A DNA stretch of 64,000 nucleotides, from the NCBI GenBank assembly GCA_046306195.1, contig JBKDXO010000126.1, positions 11,289 to 75,288 on the forward strand. Direction: 5' to 3'. This stretch comes from Planctomycetota bacterium. Its GTDB lineage: Bacteria > Planctomycetota > Planctomycetia > Pirellulales > Pirellulaceae. The notes beneath the pieces are model-generated. The model was not told the DNA's origin and ran no database searches. It saw nothing but the letters and a program-made list of their open reading frames with translations. The translations under genes and the position numbers were made by a program. This document shows positions 41,245 to 51,365 of the stretch, one piece after another. How positions within the stretch are numbered: the stretch's first letter is position 1; each line of letters opens with the position of its first letter.

Positions 41245-42527
41245 GGCGAGTCCTTTCCTCCCAACAGAGCCTCTTTCACAGTCCGAGTCACCCAAAGCAA
41301 CGACCCCAGCAGGACCAACACGCCGGCGAGGAACATGAGATAGATGTTCAGCGGCACGAAAAAGATCGCAACCACATCCCATACTCGTGCCCAATCAAGC
41401 ATCAGATAGGCAGTCGCCGCCGCCAAAAATGGGCCAAAAAAAATCTTCGTGTCGCGAGTCACTATCCAGTACACAATCACCAGCGCAATGCCGAACAAAG
41501 GCGCGAGGAAAAACGCAACCAGAACGATCTGCCAGCCGAAGTGGGCACCGACCATCGCCATCAACGTCACGTCGCCGAACCCCAATGCTTCGCGCCGCAA
41601 GACGCCTCCCGCCACAATGCGAAACGACCATACCAGCAGGCCACCCAACCCAATCCCAAGCAACCCGGAGAACAACTGCCGCCAACGGTCCGGCGACAAA
41701 CCAAAATAAGCCGCTCCAATCAATGCGGTACCGACCAGCAGCAGTCCGAGGATCATCGGCAAGTTCGGGCTTCGCCAAAATCCAACCCAGCCGTACTCCA
41801 ACGCCTTGCGAAATCCTCGCCGCGCTATCCAACGCAAGTTACCCAGCGACAAGCACCAGACACACCAAACCAAACAACCAATCCACAAACTCGCCCCGCC
41901 CAGTCCCGTCTGATCCCACGCGGAATCCCACATGTCGGGCGAATTGGCATGCATCGGAGCAAGGATCTTCAGTAACCCCGGCGCGTCCGACTCGGGAACC
42001 TCCCAAAGACACCAGCCAGGCAGGAATGCGGAAGCCACGAGTCCGATGCAGGTCCCCGGAACCGTGATGACATCGGGAATCGTTCGTTCGTCGATGTCGA
42101 TGAATGACGCCACCGTCAACAACGCCAGCACGACACTGTACGCCAGGAATTGAATGTGCAGCTCCCACGGTGTAACGCCGCCACCCCCCGCAGCGATTCC
42201 TTCCGCCGGTATTCGAATCGCTAGCGGAATGGTCAACCCATCCATCATCGCGCGATAGAGAAGCACGAGAAGGACGGGGACGAGGATCTCGAGCAGCATC
42301 GGTCGAATCCAAAACGCGCGTCCCCATGCTGTCGATTCGCTCCTCCGAAACCACCACCCGAGAACAGGGGTGTAAGCAATCAGATTGCGAGGAGCGATGC
42401 CCGCCGGGGGCCGCTGCCACGGGGAAATCGAACGGGGAAAAAAGGCCCACGCATAAATCGCGTAATTGATAAACACTCCCAGGAACAATCCAGCGACAAA
42501 GACAACTAGCTCGATCGCGCTTTTCAC
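41241..42527 (-). CDS. Prepilin peptidase (A24 family)
   Basis: GVFINYAIY, FIDIDERTIPD and GFGDVTLMAMVGAHFGW catalytic Asp motifs, plus FGPFLA. The stop overlaps the downstream start. Confidence 0.85.
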   Translation of the reverse strand: MKSAIELVVFVAGLFLGVFINYAIYAWAFFPRSISPWQRPPAGIAPRNLIAYTPVLGWWFRRSESTAWGRAFWIRPMLLEILVPVLLVLLYRAMMDGLTIPLAIRIPAEGIAAGGGGVTPWELHIQFLAYSVVLALLTVASFIDIDERTIPDVITVPGTCIGLVASAFLPGWCLWEVPESDAPGLLKILAPMHANSPDMWDSAWDQTGLGGASLWIGCLVWCVWCLSLGNLRWIARRGFRKALEYGWVGFWRSPNLPMILGLLLVGTALIGAAYFGLSPDRWRQLFSGLLGIGLGGLLVWSFRIVAGGVLRREALGFGDVTLMAMVGAHFGWQIVLVAFFLAPLFGIALVIVYWIVTRDTKIFFGPFLAAATAYLMLDWARVWDVVAIFFVPLNIYLMFLAGVLVLLGSLLWVTRTVKEALLGGKDSP

Positions 42528-42551
42528 GCCTGACTCCTGGTGGTCCGCCGC

Positions 42552-43103
42552 TTAAGTATTCCGTTCCGAATCCCGATAGCTAGAAGCATACCAGTCCGCA
42601 ATGGCCTGCGCAAGCTCGCTTGGTGTCCGCCCTACGGTTTCCAGCTCCCAATCGCAAAGCGTTTTGTAAATCGGGGTTCGGGTCGCTAACACATGCTCAA
42701 TCTCCCGGATCGGATCTTCGCCGGTCAAGCTGGGCCGGGAGAAACCACGGCACGAATCGGCCGAAAGACGTTGAGCCAGGATGTTCGGGTCCGCACGTAA
42801 CCATACGATACGGCCTGAGCTTCGAAGCAGTTCACGATTTGCGACCCGAAGAACCGCTCCGCCACCCAAAGAAACCACCGACGACGGTTCCCGTGGTAAC
42901 CGTTCGATGGCGAGAGTTTCCAAATCTCGAAAGGCTTCTTCGCCTTCGCTGGCGAAAATTTCAGGGATCGATCGATGAGCGTACTGCTCGATCCATGCGT
43001 CGGTATCGAGAAAAGGACGTTTTAGCGCTGCGGCTAAGATCGCACCGATCGTACTCTTGCCGCTGCCTCGATACCCGATCAGGAAAAGATGGGAGCCGGT
43101 CAT
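42552..43103 (-). CDS. aroK: Shikimate kinase
   Basis: LIGYRGSGKSTIG, DTD, FRDLE and LGGGAV. Confidence 0.92.
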   Translation of the reverse strand: MTGSHLFLIGYRGSGKSTIGAILAAALKRPFLDTDAWIEQYAHRSIPEIFASEGEEAFRDLETLAIERLPREPSSVVSLGGGAVLRVANRELLRSSGRIVWLRADPNILAQRLSADSCRGFSRPSLTGEDPIREIEHVLATRTPIYKTLCDWELETVGRTPSELAQAIADWYASSYRDSERNT

Positions 43104-43134
43104 GGCCGTACCGAGCCCGTCAGAGCTGTACGGC

Positions 43135-43449
43135 TTACGACTGAATCGCCTTGATCATGACGCGAGTGAACTTTTGACGGTGTCCGGTGCGGACATCGTA
43201 GTTCTTGCGTCTTCGGAACTTTTGGACGAACAATTTGGGCCCCTGCTCCAGTCCCACGACTTCGGCTTGAACCTTAGCGCCAGCCACGGTGGGCTGGCCC
43301 AATTTCAAACCGTTCTCGCCGCCGACCGCCAAGACGCGATCGAATTCAATGGCATCCCCGGTCTCGGCCGTATCGCGATAATCGATGTCCAAAAGGAGAC
43401 CTTCGGTGACTTTGTATTGGCGTCCGCCGTCGCATATGATCGCGTACAT
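43135..43449 (-). CDS. rplU: 50S ribosomal protein L21
   Basis: MYAII..GGRQYKV and KFRRRKNY..RTGHRQ. Confidence 0.96.
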   Translation of the reverse strand: MYAIICDGGRQYKVTEGLLLDIDYRDTAETGDAIEFDRVLAVGGENGLKLGQPTVAGAKVQAEVVGLEQGPKLFVQKFRRRKNYDVRTGHRQKFTRVMIKAIQS

Positions 43450-43597
43450 GTCGAGAAATCAACTGAATTCAAGGGGATTCGGAATCATTGACCACTGGCT
43501 GAGGAGTCTAGCCCGGACAGCGCGGATCGTCGAGTCCAAATGCGGAATTCCCGGGTAGACCTAGTGGGTCTTGGGCCCAGGTCGTACATTTCCCAAT

Positions 43598-45703
43598 ATG
43601 GATGCCCTCAATCGAGCTCAACAGGAAGCCGTCAGCACCCTCGCCGGCCCTTTGCTGGTACTGGCCGGAGCTGGCACAGGAAAAACCCGTGTGGTGACGT
43701 TCCGGGTTGCCAACCTGATCCGTCATGGAACACGGCCGGATCGGATTTTGGCCGTGACTTTTACCAACAAAGCCTCCCTGGAAATGCAGGAGCGGATCGC
43801 GGCTCAGCTAAAACTGCCCAAACGTCCATCGCGGGGCAAGGCAACCCCGCCTCGCCCCCAAATCGGGACGTTTCATTCCCACTGCGTACAAATCCTGAAA
43901 CGGCACGCCAGCCTCCTGGACTATCCAGAGAAATTCAGCATTTTTGACCGCAGCGATTCGGAAAGTGTCGCCCGGACGGTCCTTCGCGAAATCCGCGTCC
44001 ACGAAAATGTCCTCGGGCCAGCGGATCTCCTGGCGATCATCAGCGGTTGGAAGAACGCGGGAATTCGTCCCGAACAAGCCGATGGAGCGGCCACCAGCGA
44101 CAAAGAACATCTGGCGGCCGCCGCGTTTCGACGATACCAACGTTCCTTGAAGCTCCAAGCGGCCTTCGACTTCGACGACTTGCTCGTCTACGCCGAGCAA
44201 CTCCTGGTCGACGATCCAAACGTTCGCAAGCAGGAAGCCGGACGCTACGATCACGTCCTCGTGGACGAATACCAGGATACGAATGGCTCGCAGTACCGGA
44301 TCATCCGAGCTTTGGCTGGCGAGCATCGAAACCTGTGCGTTGTGGGAGACGACGACCAATCGATTTACGGCTGGCGTGGAGCCGAAGTCCGACACAACTT
44401 GAATTTTCGCACCGACTGGCCCGAGGCGCAGGTCGTTCGCTTGGAAGAGAACTACCGATCCACCGATGCGATTCTCGCCATGGCCAACCGCCTGATCGCC
44501 TTCAACCAGAAACGCCATGATAAAGTTCTTCGGGCAGCGAGGCCGAACGGCCAACCTCCCCGCGTGCTGCAGTTTCCGAGCGACAATGACGAAGCAAAGG
44601 GAGTCGTCCAGGAAATCGCTGAGCGATTGAAAAAGGATCGCGCGGCATCCCCCGGCGATTTCGCGATCCTGTTCCGAACGAACGAACAACCCCGCCTGTT
44701 CGAACTGGAACTGCGCAACCAAAAGATTCCTTACACCATCACGGGAACCCAGTCCTTCTTCGATCGCAAGGAAGTTCGCGACCTGCTCGCCTTTCTTCGC
44801 TGGATCGATCAACCGGATGACGAACTATCGTTGCTGCGAATCATCAACATCCCGCCGAGAGGCATGGGGGCAAGCAGTGTTGACAAGCTGATGAAGAACG
44901 CTGTCGATACGTCGCAATCCATCTGGCGTGTCATGAACGACCCGGCGATCGTCGGCCAACTGCCACTACCAGCCCAGCGCGGTGCTTCTGCCCTCATCCA
45001 GTTACGCGGCAAATATGCACAGCTTTTCTCCCGCCAAGCCACCCCAGAATCGTCCGACATCCCGCCCCCCGGCGAGATCCCCTGGGAGGATTCTGAACAA
45101 GAAGATGCACCCAAGTCATCATTGACGCTGACATCCGCTTTGGAGAGCCTCATCGGCGACATCCGTTATCGGGAGGAGATCCAGCGGTTGTACCAGGACG
45201 CAGACGAAGCGGTCATGCGGGTCAATTCGATCGAAGGAGTGATCAATGCGATGGCTCAGTATGAAATGGCCAATCCGCAGGGTACGCTCGGAGATTTCCT
45301 GAGCAGCGTTGCCCTCTCAGGAAAAGAATTCGGCAGCGAAAGCGATAAATCCAAAACCTCCAATTCGGTTTCGCTGATGACTTATCACAGCGCCAAAGGA
45401 TTGGAGTTCTCGATCGTTTACATGGTAGGCATGGAAGAGGGGGTATTGCCGCACCGCAGATCCATTGTGGACACCGCCGACGGTGTCGATGAAGAACGCA
45501 GGTTGTGCTATGTCGGTGTCACGCGTGCCCAAGACGAATTGAGCCTCACCCTCCCCATGAGCAGGATGAAATGGGGAAAACCGCGCCCCACCTTCCCCAG
45601 CCGATTCCTCTACGAACTAACGGGCCAAGGCGATAATCCCAATCGCGCCAAAGCCATCCAGGCCGCCGCCGAGGACGCGCGGAAATCGATGCGAACCAGA
45701 TGA
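43598..45703 (+). CDS. UvrD/PcrA/Rep family ATP-dependent DNA helicase
   Basis: LAGAGTGKT, LVDEYQDTN, VVGDDDQSIYGWRGA, LEENYRS, MTYHSAKGLEF and EERRLCYVGVTRA. Confidence 0.95.
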   Translation: MDALNRAQQEAVSTLAGPLLVLAGAGTGKTRVVTFRVANLIRHGTRPDRILAVTFTNKASLEMQERIAAQLKLPKRPSRGKATPPRPQIGTFHSHCVQILKRHASLLDYPEKFSIFDRSDSESVARTVLREIRVHENVLGPADLLAIISGWKNAGIRPEQADGAATSDKEHLAAAAFRRYQRSLKLQAAFDFDDLLVYAEQLLVDDPNVRKQEAGRYDHVLVDEYQDTNGSQYRIIRALAGEHRNLCVVGDDDQSIYGWRGAEVRHNLNFRTDWPEAQVVRLEENYRSTDAILAMANRLIAFNQKRHDKVLRAARPNGQPPRVLQFPSDNDEAKGVVQEIAERLKKDRAASPGDFAILFRTNEQPRLFELELRNQKIPYTITGTQSFFDRKEVRDLLAFLRWIDQPDDELSLLRIINIPPRGMGASSVDKLMKNAVDTSQSIWRVMNDPAIVGQLPLPAQRGASALIQLRGKYAQLFSRQATPESSDIPPPGEIPWEDSEQEDAPKSSLTLTSALESLIGDIRYREEIQRLYQDADEAVMRVNSIEGVINAMAQYEMANPQGTLGDFLSSVALSGKEFGSESDKSKTSNSVSLMTYHSAKGLEFSIVYMVGMEEGVLPHRRSIVDTADGVDEERRLCYVGVTRAQDELSLTLPMSRMKWGKPRPTFPSRFLYELTGQGDNPNRAKAIQAAAEDARKSMRTR

Positions 45704-45725
45704 TCGGTCGCAAAGTCGCTCAATC

Positions 45726-47063
45726 TCAGCCTCCTGCAATATCAAACGCGTAGATCAGTTCCTGGTCTCGGATAAAAAGCGTTCGGTTAGCGATGATCGG
45801 GTGTGCCCAGATGGCACCGCGCCCACGCTCTGCCGAAGTCTGCTCCGGCAGTTTGACTTGCCCCCTTTCCGTCCATCCCTCCTTGGAGGGTTCGACCAAG
45901 TAGCAGGTTCCGTCCGCATCGTCGTAGCAGTAGAGCAGACCGTCGGCCATAGCGATCGAGCCAGACCGACCGTTCCCTACTTTCTTGGACCAGAGCACTT
46001 CGCCGGATTTCCAATCCTGCGCCATCCAGACACCACGCAAGGCATTGCTGAATCCAAAGATCGTTCCTGCGTGCAACACGCATCCTCCGTGATGATTTTC
46101 CATGCTCTCTTTGTCGAAGTGGTAAACCACCTCCATGTCTACTTTCCCGCCTTGACCGGTGAGTTTCAGAAGCGTGTTGCCCGCTTTGTACGCGCTGGAA
46201 TGGTACACTTCGTTGCCTTGCAGGATCGGAGTCGGAATGACCGCGACGCCATTTCCGGTGGTGGGGCTAGTGAATTGGTGCGCGCCGGTCTCGGCATGGA
46301 ATCCAACCAAACCTTTCTTGCCAGCCGTCACGTAGAGGGGGACTCCAGCAACGTTGGTTTTCATGACGGAGACATACTGGGCTCCATCGCTGAAACCCGT
46401 GCTCTTCAAGAGGACTTCGCCCGTCTTTTTGTCAAACGCCACCAGGAAGTTATCGCCGCCGGGTGTAGCGACGACCCGGTTCCCATCGATCAAAACCGAT
46501 TCGCTGTATCCCCATTGTGGAACCTTGCCCCCAAGATCGTTCACAAAGTGGACGCCCCAAACCCGGGTGCCATCGCTGGCCTTGAGGCATGCCAGTTCAC
46601 CGAGATCGCTCAGGACATAGACGAGTTCCCCGTCGACTGTCGGGCTACTCCGCGGACCACCTCCCCACTCCGTGGAGTAGTCCCCTTTTTGCGAGCCACG
46701 GTCGATGCGTTGCACCCACCGCTCCTCACCGGTGGCGGCATCCACACAAATGGCAACGCAATCGTCACCTCGTTGGCCGAGGGTATAGATGCGGCCATTG
46801 CTTACGGAAACCGAGGAATATCCCAGCCCTGCGGTCTTGTAGCTCCACTTGAGTTTTGGGCCACCTTCGGGCCAGCTCTTCAGCAACCTTTGGGGAGCAG
46901 CCTGGCCGTCGCGAACCGGACCTCGCCATTGGGGCCAGTCGGTTTCGTCGGCCGAGACGAGCGAAGACATCGCTGCCGAGGCCAGTAGCAACACCGCTCC
47001 AGCCTTGGTGGTGCGGAGGAAACAACGGCGACATCCCAAAGCAAAGCTGAAAGTGCTCAACAT
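45726..47063 (-). CDS. Secreted PQQ-binding-like beta-propeller protein
   Basis: Signal peptide, DWPQWRGP.RDG and C-terminal WAHPIIANRTLFIRDQ. Confidence 0.87.
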   Translation of the reverse strand: MLSTFSFALGCRRCFLRTTKAGAVLLLASAAMSSLVSADETDWPQWRGPVRDGQAAPQRLLKSWPEGGPKLKWSYKTAGLGYSSVSVSNGRIYTLGQRGDDCVAICVDAATGEERWVQRIDRGSQKGDYSTEWGGGPRSSPTVDGELVYVLSDLGELACLKASDGTRVWGVHFVNDLGGKVPQWGYSESVLIDGNRVVATPGGDNFLVAFDKKTGEVLLKSTGFSDGAQYVSVMKTNVAGVPLYVTAGKKGLVGFHAETGAHQFTSPTTGNGVAVIPTPILQGNEVYHSSAYKAGNTLLKLTGQGGKVDMEVVYHFDKESMENHHGGCVLHAGTIFGFSNALRGVWMAQDWKSGEVLWSKKVGNGRSGSIAMADGLLYCYDDADGTCYLVEPSKEGWTERGQVKLPEQTSAERGRGAIWAHPIIANRTLFIRDQELIYAFDIAGG

Positions 47064-47236
47064 GTTTGTTCTTGCAGTAAAGTAGGTGGGTGAGGACCCA
47101 GCACAGGAACGCTGGATCACATCGGGAGCAGATCATTATGGTAAAGGATTTCACCGATTGATCAGCCCCTGATCCGCAAATCCGAGCGAGCTTCCACCAA
47201 ATACCCGCAGCTACGAGACGGAACAACGGGGCGGTT

Positions 47237-47268
47237 CTACTCGTCTTTGTTTTTACTCGTCTTTGTTT
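47237..47268. repeat. 16-bp-period tandem duplication of the FHA gene 3' end (15/16 identical)
   Basis: Minus strand reads aaacaaagacgagtaA aaacaaagacgagtaG, so the stop codon is duplicated (TAA then TAG). Confidence 0.85.
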
Positions 47269-47675
47269 GCGCCCCGATCGTCTTTACCGCGACGATCCAA
47301 TCCGGCGCGTTCCATCAAGGAGGATCGCAACGACAATTCGATTTGATCATCGTCCGCGGGAGGCGGGCCCATCGCCCCGAGCGATTCCGGATTGTAACGG
47401 ATCTCAAACTGGTGCTTGGCAATCGAAATGATTACCCCGGGATCGCACCGCTTCCGAGTCACTCGATACCCGTTTACCTTGGTCCCGTTGCGGCTGTCGA
47501 GGTCCTTCACGAACCAGTACCCTTGCTCCAGGGTCAAGCGACAATGCTGTCCGGAAACGTTCGAGAATCGCAGCACGATATCGCAATTCTCGCGGCGTCC
47601 GACGAGAATTCTCTCTTTTTTCAGAGGGATATCTTCACCACCGCCAGTGGGTACCAGGAAACCGAAGTCGGGCAT
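47253..47675 (-). CDS. FHA domain protein
   Basis: VGRRENCDI, VSGQHC and DLDSRNGTKVNG. Confidence 0.9.
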   Translation of the reverse strand: MPDFGFLVPTGGGEDIPLKKERILVGRRENCDIVLRFSNVSGQHCRLTLEQGYWFVKDLDSRNGTKVNGYRVTRKRCDPGVIISIAKHQFEIRYNPESLGAMGPPPADDDQIELSLRSSLMERAGLDRRGKDDRGANKDE

Positions 47676-47893
47676 ACACTACCTCGTCGGAAAGGCGACT
47701 GGACGCGGCAAGCTTTTGGGAATCGCGAGCATCCTCCTGGGCATACCGATCCTCGCGGGGACAGTGGTCTCGCAATTCCGCCTTTATTTACGTACATTCA
47801 CTGTACGTCAGCACTTGGCGAGCGTCAATTGTTCGTGTCGAAACAGAGTGCCGGTTCGCTGCTCGTATTTTCCTTAGGTTCGGAGGGTCCCTG

Positions 47894-48307
47894 ATGCCCA
47901 AGATTACGGTCGTTTTCGGCCTCATGCTCCTCGCATTGACCATCGTCACATTGATCCTGACGGGCTTTCCGCCCAAGAGCATCAGCGTGTTTATCCCTAG
48001 TTTCGTTGGAATCCCGCTCCTGCTGTTGGGACTGTTTGCTGTCGCACGGCCCGGGGCCAGAAAACATGCGATGCATGCAGCGGCAGCCTTTGGATTGCTT
48101 GGGGGAATCGCCGCGCTCGGGAGAGGGATTCCCCAGGCCTTGAAAATCGTAAGAGGCGAGGAGGTCGACATCCTCCCGGTCTCGATGGTTTGGGCAATGA
48201 TCATCATTTGCCTGACCTTTGTCTTCGTTTGCGTGGAATCGTTCATTTCCGCACGGAAGGCTAGGTTGAAACAAGGGGATACACCTGAAAGTCCCCAAGG
48301 GCATTAG
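47894..48307 (+). CDS. Small 4-TM hypothetical membrane protein
   Basis: Four hydrophobic segments and RKHAMHAA. Its stop is 1 bp before the ABC gene start. Confidence 0.7.
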   Translation: MPKITVVFGLMLLALTIVTLILTGFPPKSISVFIPSFVGIPLLLLGLFAVARPGARKHAMHAAAAFGLLGGIAALGRGIPQALKIVRGEEVDILPVSMVWAMIIICLTFVFVCVESFISARKARLKQGDTPESPQGH

Positions 48308-48308
48308 C

Positions 48309-50606
48309 ATGGCGAGCCCGTCGAGCGGTCCCGCAAACGACGAATCCAATGGCCTGCCGACAGCTTGGCAATCGCGTTGGAGCTCCGGCGGCCAAGGGCA
48401 ATTGCGGCCTGGCGAGCGCGTCTTGGCTTGGTTCGATCCGGATGTTACCGATCGACTTCGATTCGGTCACGGCCTCATCGTCCTGACCGACCAAAGCTTG
48501 ATCGTCGCCGACGTCACCGAACAATTGCCGGACAAGCCGCAATGGCAACGCTTTGAACTCGGGCCCACCACCGAACTTCGCAAAGTGGATCGAGGCGGTA
48601 TCGGAGTACTCGAGTTCGCTGCTCCCGATCGGTTGCTAGGCGCTTGGCGATACACTCGCTCGAAAGCCAATGGTTCGGTCTCATTCGTTTCGGCATGGAA
48701 GCGGTCACGTTCGGGAAACATGGACGCTGCCGGTTCGGTCTGTCCTTCCTGTGGCGGCCCCATGCAGGAAGGGCAATCTCTGTGCACAAACTGTGCACCC
48801 GTCCCCGTGCCCGATACGAGGAAGTCACTGCTTCGATTGACTCGGTTCGCAAAACCCCGCGCGGGGATGATCGCGCTCGGTTTTTTTCTGACGGTACTGA
48901 GCACCTCGGCCGCGATGATCCCACCGCTGCTGACCAAACCGTTGATGGACGACGTGTTGATTCCCTACCAGAACGGAAGCCCAGCCGATTTCGGTCTCGT
49001 GCCTTGGCTGCTGGGCGGAATGATTCTCGCCGCGTTGTTGAGCTGGGCGTTGAGTTGGGCCAAGAGCTATTGCCTGGCCACCGCCTCGGAATGGATCAGC
49101 GCCGATTTGCGCAATGCGACGTACGAGCATTTGCAGAAACTGTCCCTCGAATTCTTTGGCGGCAAACGGACCGGGGATCTGATCTCCCGAGTCAGCAGCG
49201 ATACGCAGCGAATTTGCGATTTCCTATCGATCAATGCGGTCGATTTCGCAACCGATATGGTGATGATTGTCATCACAGCGGCTTTGCTGATTTGGCTCGA
49301 TCCGATGATGGCCCTGGTGGGGCTCCTCCCGTTTCCACTGATCGCCTGGATTGTGTCTCGCGTTCAAGCCCGGCTGCGAGCGGGGTTCGCACGCGGGAGC
49401 TCGGCCTGGGCAGAAATGGTCAATGTTCTCGCTGACACCATTCCGGGAATCCGGGTCGTCAAAGCGTTCGCGCAAGAGCAACGGGAAATCGATCGCTTCC
49501 AACAACGCAACGATCAGGTCCTGCAAGCGAACGACCGGGTCAATCGATTGTGGGCTGCCTTCGCACCCATCATCACCTTTCTGACCGACATCGGATTGCT
49601 GATCATCTACGGCTTTGGAGCCTACCAAGTCTACCGCCGTGGTCTCACCGTCGGAGAATTGTCGGTCTTCATCATGTGGATTTCCCGTTTGTATCTCAGG
49701 CTGGACGACATGAGTCGCCTGCTTGCCAATGCGCAGCGAACCGCTGCCGCGACCCATCGCATCTTCGAAATCCTCGATCGTGTCCCGAGCGTTGCCGAAG
49801 CCAAACAACCCATACAACCCAGCAGGCTCCAAGGCAAAATCGAAATCCGAAACATCACGTTCCGATACGGCTCGAGGCAAGTCATCCATGACGTCGATCT
49901 GACGGTCGAGCCTGGGGAAATGATTGGTTTGGTAGGCCCGAGCGGCGCCGGCAAGAGCACGCTCGTCAATCTTGTCTGCCGCTTTTACGATGTTGCCACC
50001 GGCGCGATTGTGGTCGATGGGACAGACATCCGGAACTATCCGATCTCCGCCTATCGAAGCAACATCGGCATCGTTCTGCAAGAACCCTTTCTCTTCTTCG
50101 GTTCGATCGCGGAGAACATCGCCTACGGTCGGCCCACCGCGACCCGCGAACAGATCATCGCTTCGGCACGCGCCGCCAAAGCGCATGACTTCATCTTAAA
50201 GCTCCCCGATGGCTACGACTCGATCGTTGGCGAACGCGGACAATCCCTGTCGGGAGGTGAGCGTCAACGTATCTCCATCGCGCGAGCCTTGCTCACCGAT
50301 CCGCGGATCCTCATCCTCGACGAAGCCACCTCGGCGGTCGACACGGAAACCGAACGAGAGATTCAAGAAGCGCTCGATGTCCTGGTCCAAGGTCGAACCA
50401 CTATCGCGATCGCGCACCGGATCAGCACGCTCCGCAAGGCCAATCGCATCGTTGTCCTCGAGAAAGGCCGCATCACCGAAATCGGCAATCACGATGCCCT
50501 CATCGCGCTTCGAGGCACTTACTATCGGCTCCATCTCGCGCAGCAACAGATGCAAGCAGGAGAAGCGATCGATGCCCTTTGGAGCAACCCAGCCGAAGCC
50601 CAGTAG
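48309..50606 (+). CDS. ABC exporter, fused permease + ATPase, with N-terminal soluble extension and zinc ribbon
   Basis: GPSGAGKST, LSGGERQR and ILDEATS. TM domain with KRTGDLISR. N-terminal CPSC...CTNC. Confidence 0.92.
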   Translation: MASPSSGPANDESNGLPTAWQSRWSSGGQGQLRPGERVLAWFDPDVTDRLRFGHGLIVLTDQSLIVADVTEQLPDKPQWQRFELGPTTELRKVDRGGIGVLEFAAPDRLLGAWRYTRSKANGSVSFVSAWKRSRSGNMDAAGSVCPSCGGPMQEGQSLCTNCAPVPVPDTRKSLLRLTRFAKPRAGMIALGFFLTVLSTSAAMIPPLLTKPLMDDVLIPYQNGSPADFGLVPWLLGGMILAALLSWALSWAKSYCLATASEWISADLRNATYEHLQKLSLEFFGGKRTGDLISRVSSDTQRICDFLSINAVDFATDMVMIVITAALLIWLDPMMALVGLLPFPLIAWIVSRVQARLRAGFARGSSAWAEMVNVLADTIPGIRVVKAFAQEQREIDRFQQRNDQVLQANDRVNRLWAAFAPIITFLTDIGLLIIYGFGAYQVYRRGLTVGELSVFIMWISRLYLRLDDMSRLLANAQRTAAATHRIFEILDRVPSVAEAKQPIQPSRLQGKIEIRNITFRYGSRQVIHDVDLTVEPGEMIGLVGPSGAGKSTLVNLVCRFYDVATGAIVVDGTDIRNYPISAYRSNIGIVLQEPFLFFGSIAENIAYGRPTATREQIIASARAAKAHDFILKLPDGYDSIVGERGQSLSGGERQRISIARALLTDPRILILDEATSAVDTETEREIQEALDVLVQGRTTIAIAHRISTLRKANRIVVLEKGRITEIGNHDALIALRGTYYRLHLAQQQMQAGEAIDALWSNPAEAQ

Positions 50607-51365
50607 GTGAATGGAGTCGCCATGCATGTCGCTTTTTCACGCACCGATCATCGGCCATGGCCAGCCCCCAAGAATGCCTGGTCCTGGCGACAAAGCTGGA
50701 AGGATCTGCTGTTTGCCCATTGGCCGATACCTGCCGATGTCGTCCAGACGATCGTACCGAAAGGGCTCACGGTCCAACAATTCGACGGAACATCATGGAT
50801 TGGCGTCGTCCCATTTCGGATGTCCGGGGTGATGCGCCGCCCATTTCCCAACCTCCCTTGGATTTCGGCCTTCCCCGAACTCAATGTGCGCCTCTATGTC
50901 GAGCGCGACGGGAAACCCGGTGTGTGGTTCCTCAGTCTCGACGCCTCCAATCCGCTGGCAGTCTGGGGAGCGCGGCGATGGTTTCACCTGCCGTACTACC
51001 AAGCGGACATGCTTCACCAAGAAAGTCCCGAAGGCATCCGATTCACGTCGCACCGTCGCGGGACCCAGGGAAAGGTCGCCTTCCAGGGTGTGTACCGTCC
51101 CACGTCGGAAGTCTACGAATCCAAGCCCGGCACCCTCGCCCACTTCCTCACCGAACGTTATTGCCTGTACGCTACCCGGCCTGACGGAACGCTCTGCCGT
51201 GGCGAAGTGCACCATTTGCCATGGCCTCTGCAGGACGCCGAAGCAGACCTGGACTCAGCAGGCCTTCTCGCCCCTCTGGGACTCGAAACCGTCGGGGAAC
51301 CCCTTCTCCATTTCTCCCGTGGTGTCGACGTTGTCGTCTGGTCCCTCGAGCGACTGGCTCGTTAA
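50607..51365 (+). CDS. YqjF/DUF2071 family protein
   Basis: QSWKDLLFAHWP, FPELNVRLYV, GVWFLSLDA and FLTERYCLY. Confidence 0.85.
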   Translation: MNGVAMHVAFSRTDHRPWPAPKNAWSWRQSWKDLLFAHWPIPADVVQTIVPKGLTVQQFDGTSWIGVVPFRMSGVMRRPFPNLPWISAFPELNVRLYVERDGKPGVWFLSLDASNPLAVWGARRWFHLPYYQADMLHQESPEGIRFTSHRRGTQGKVAFQGVYRPTSEVYESKPGTLAHFLTERYCLYATRPDGTLCRGEVHHLPWPLQDAEADLDSAGLLAPLGLETVGEPLLHFSRGVDVVVWSLERLAR

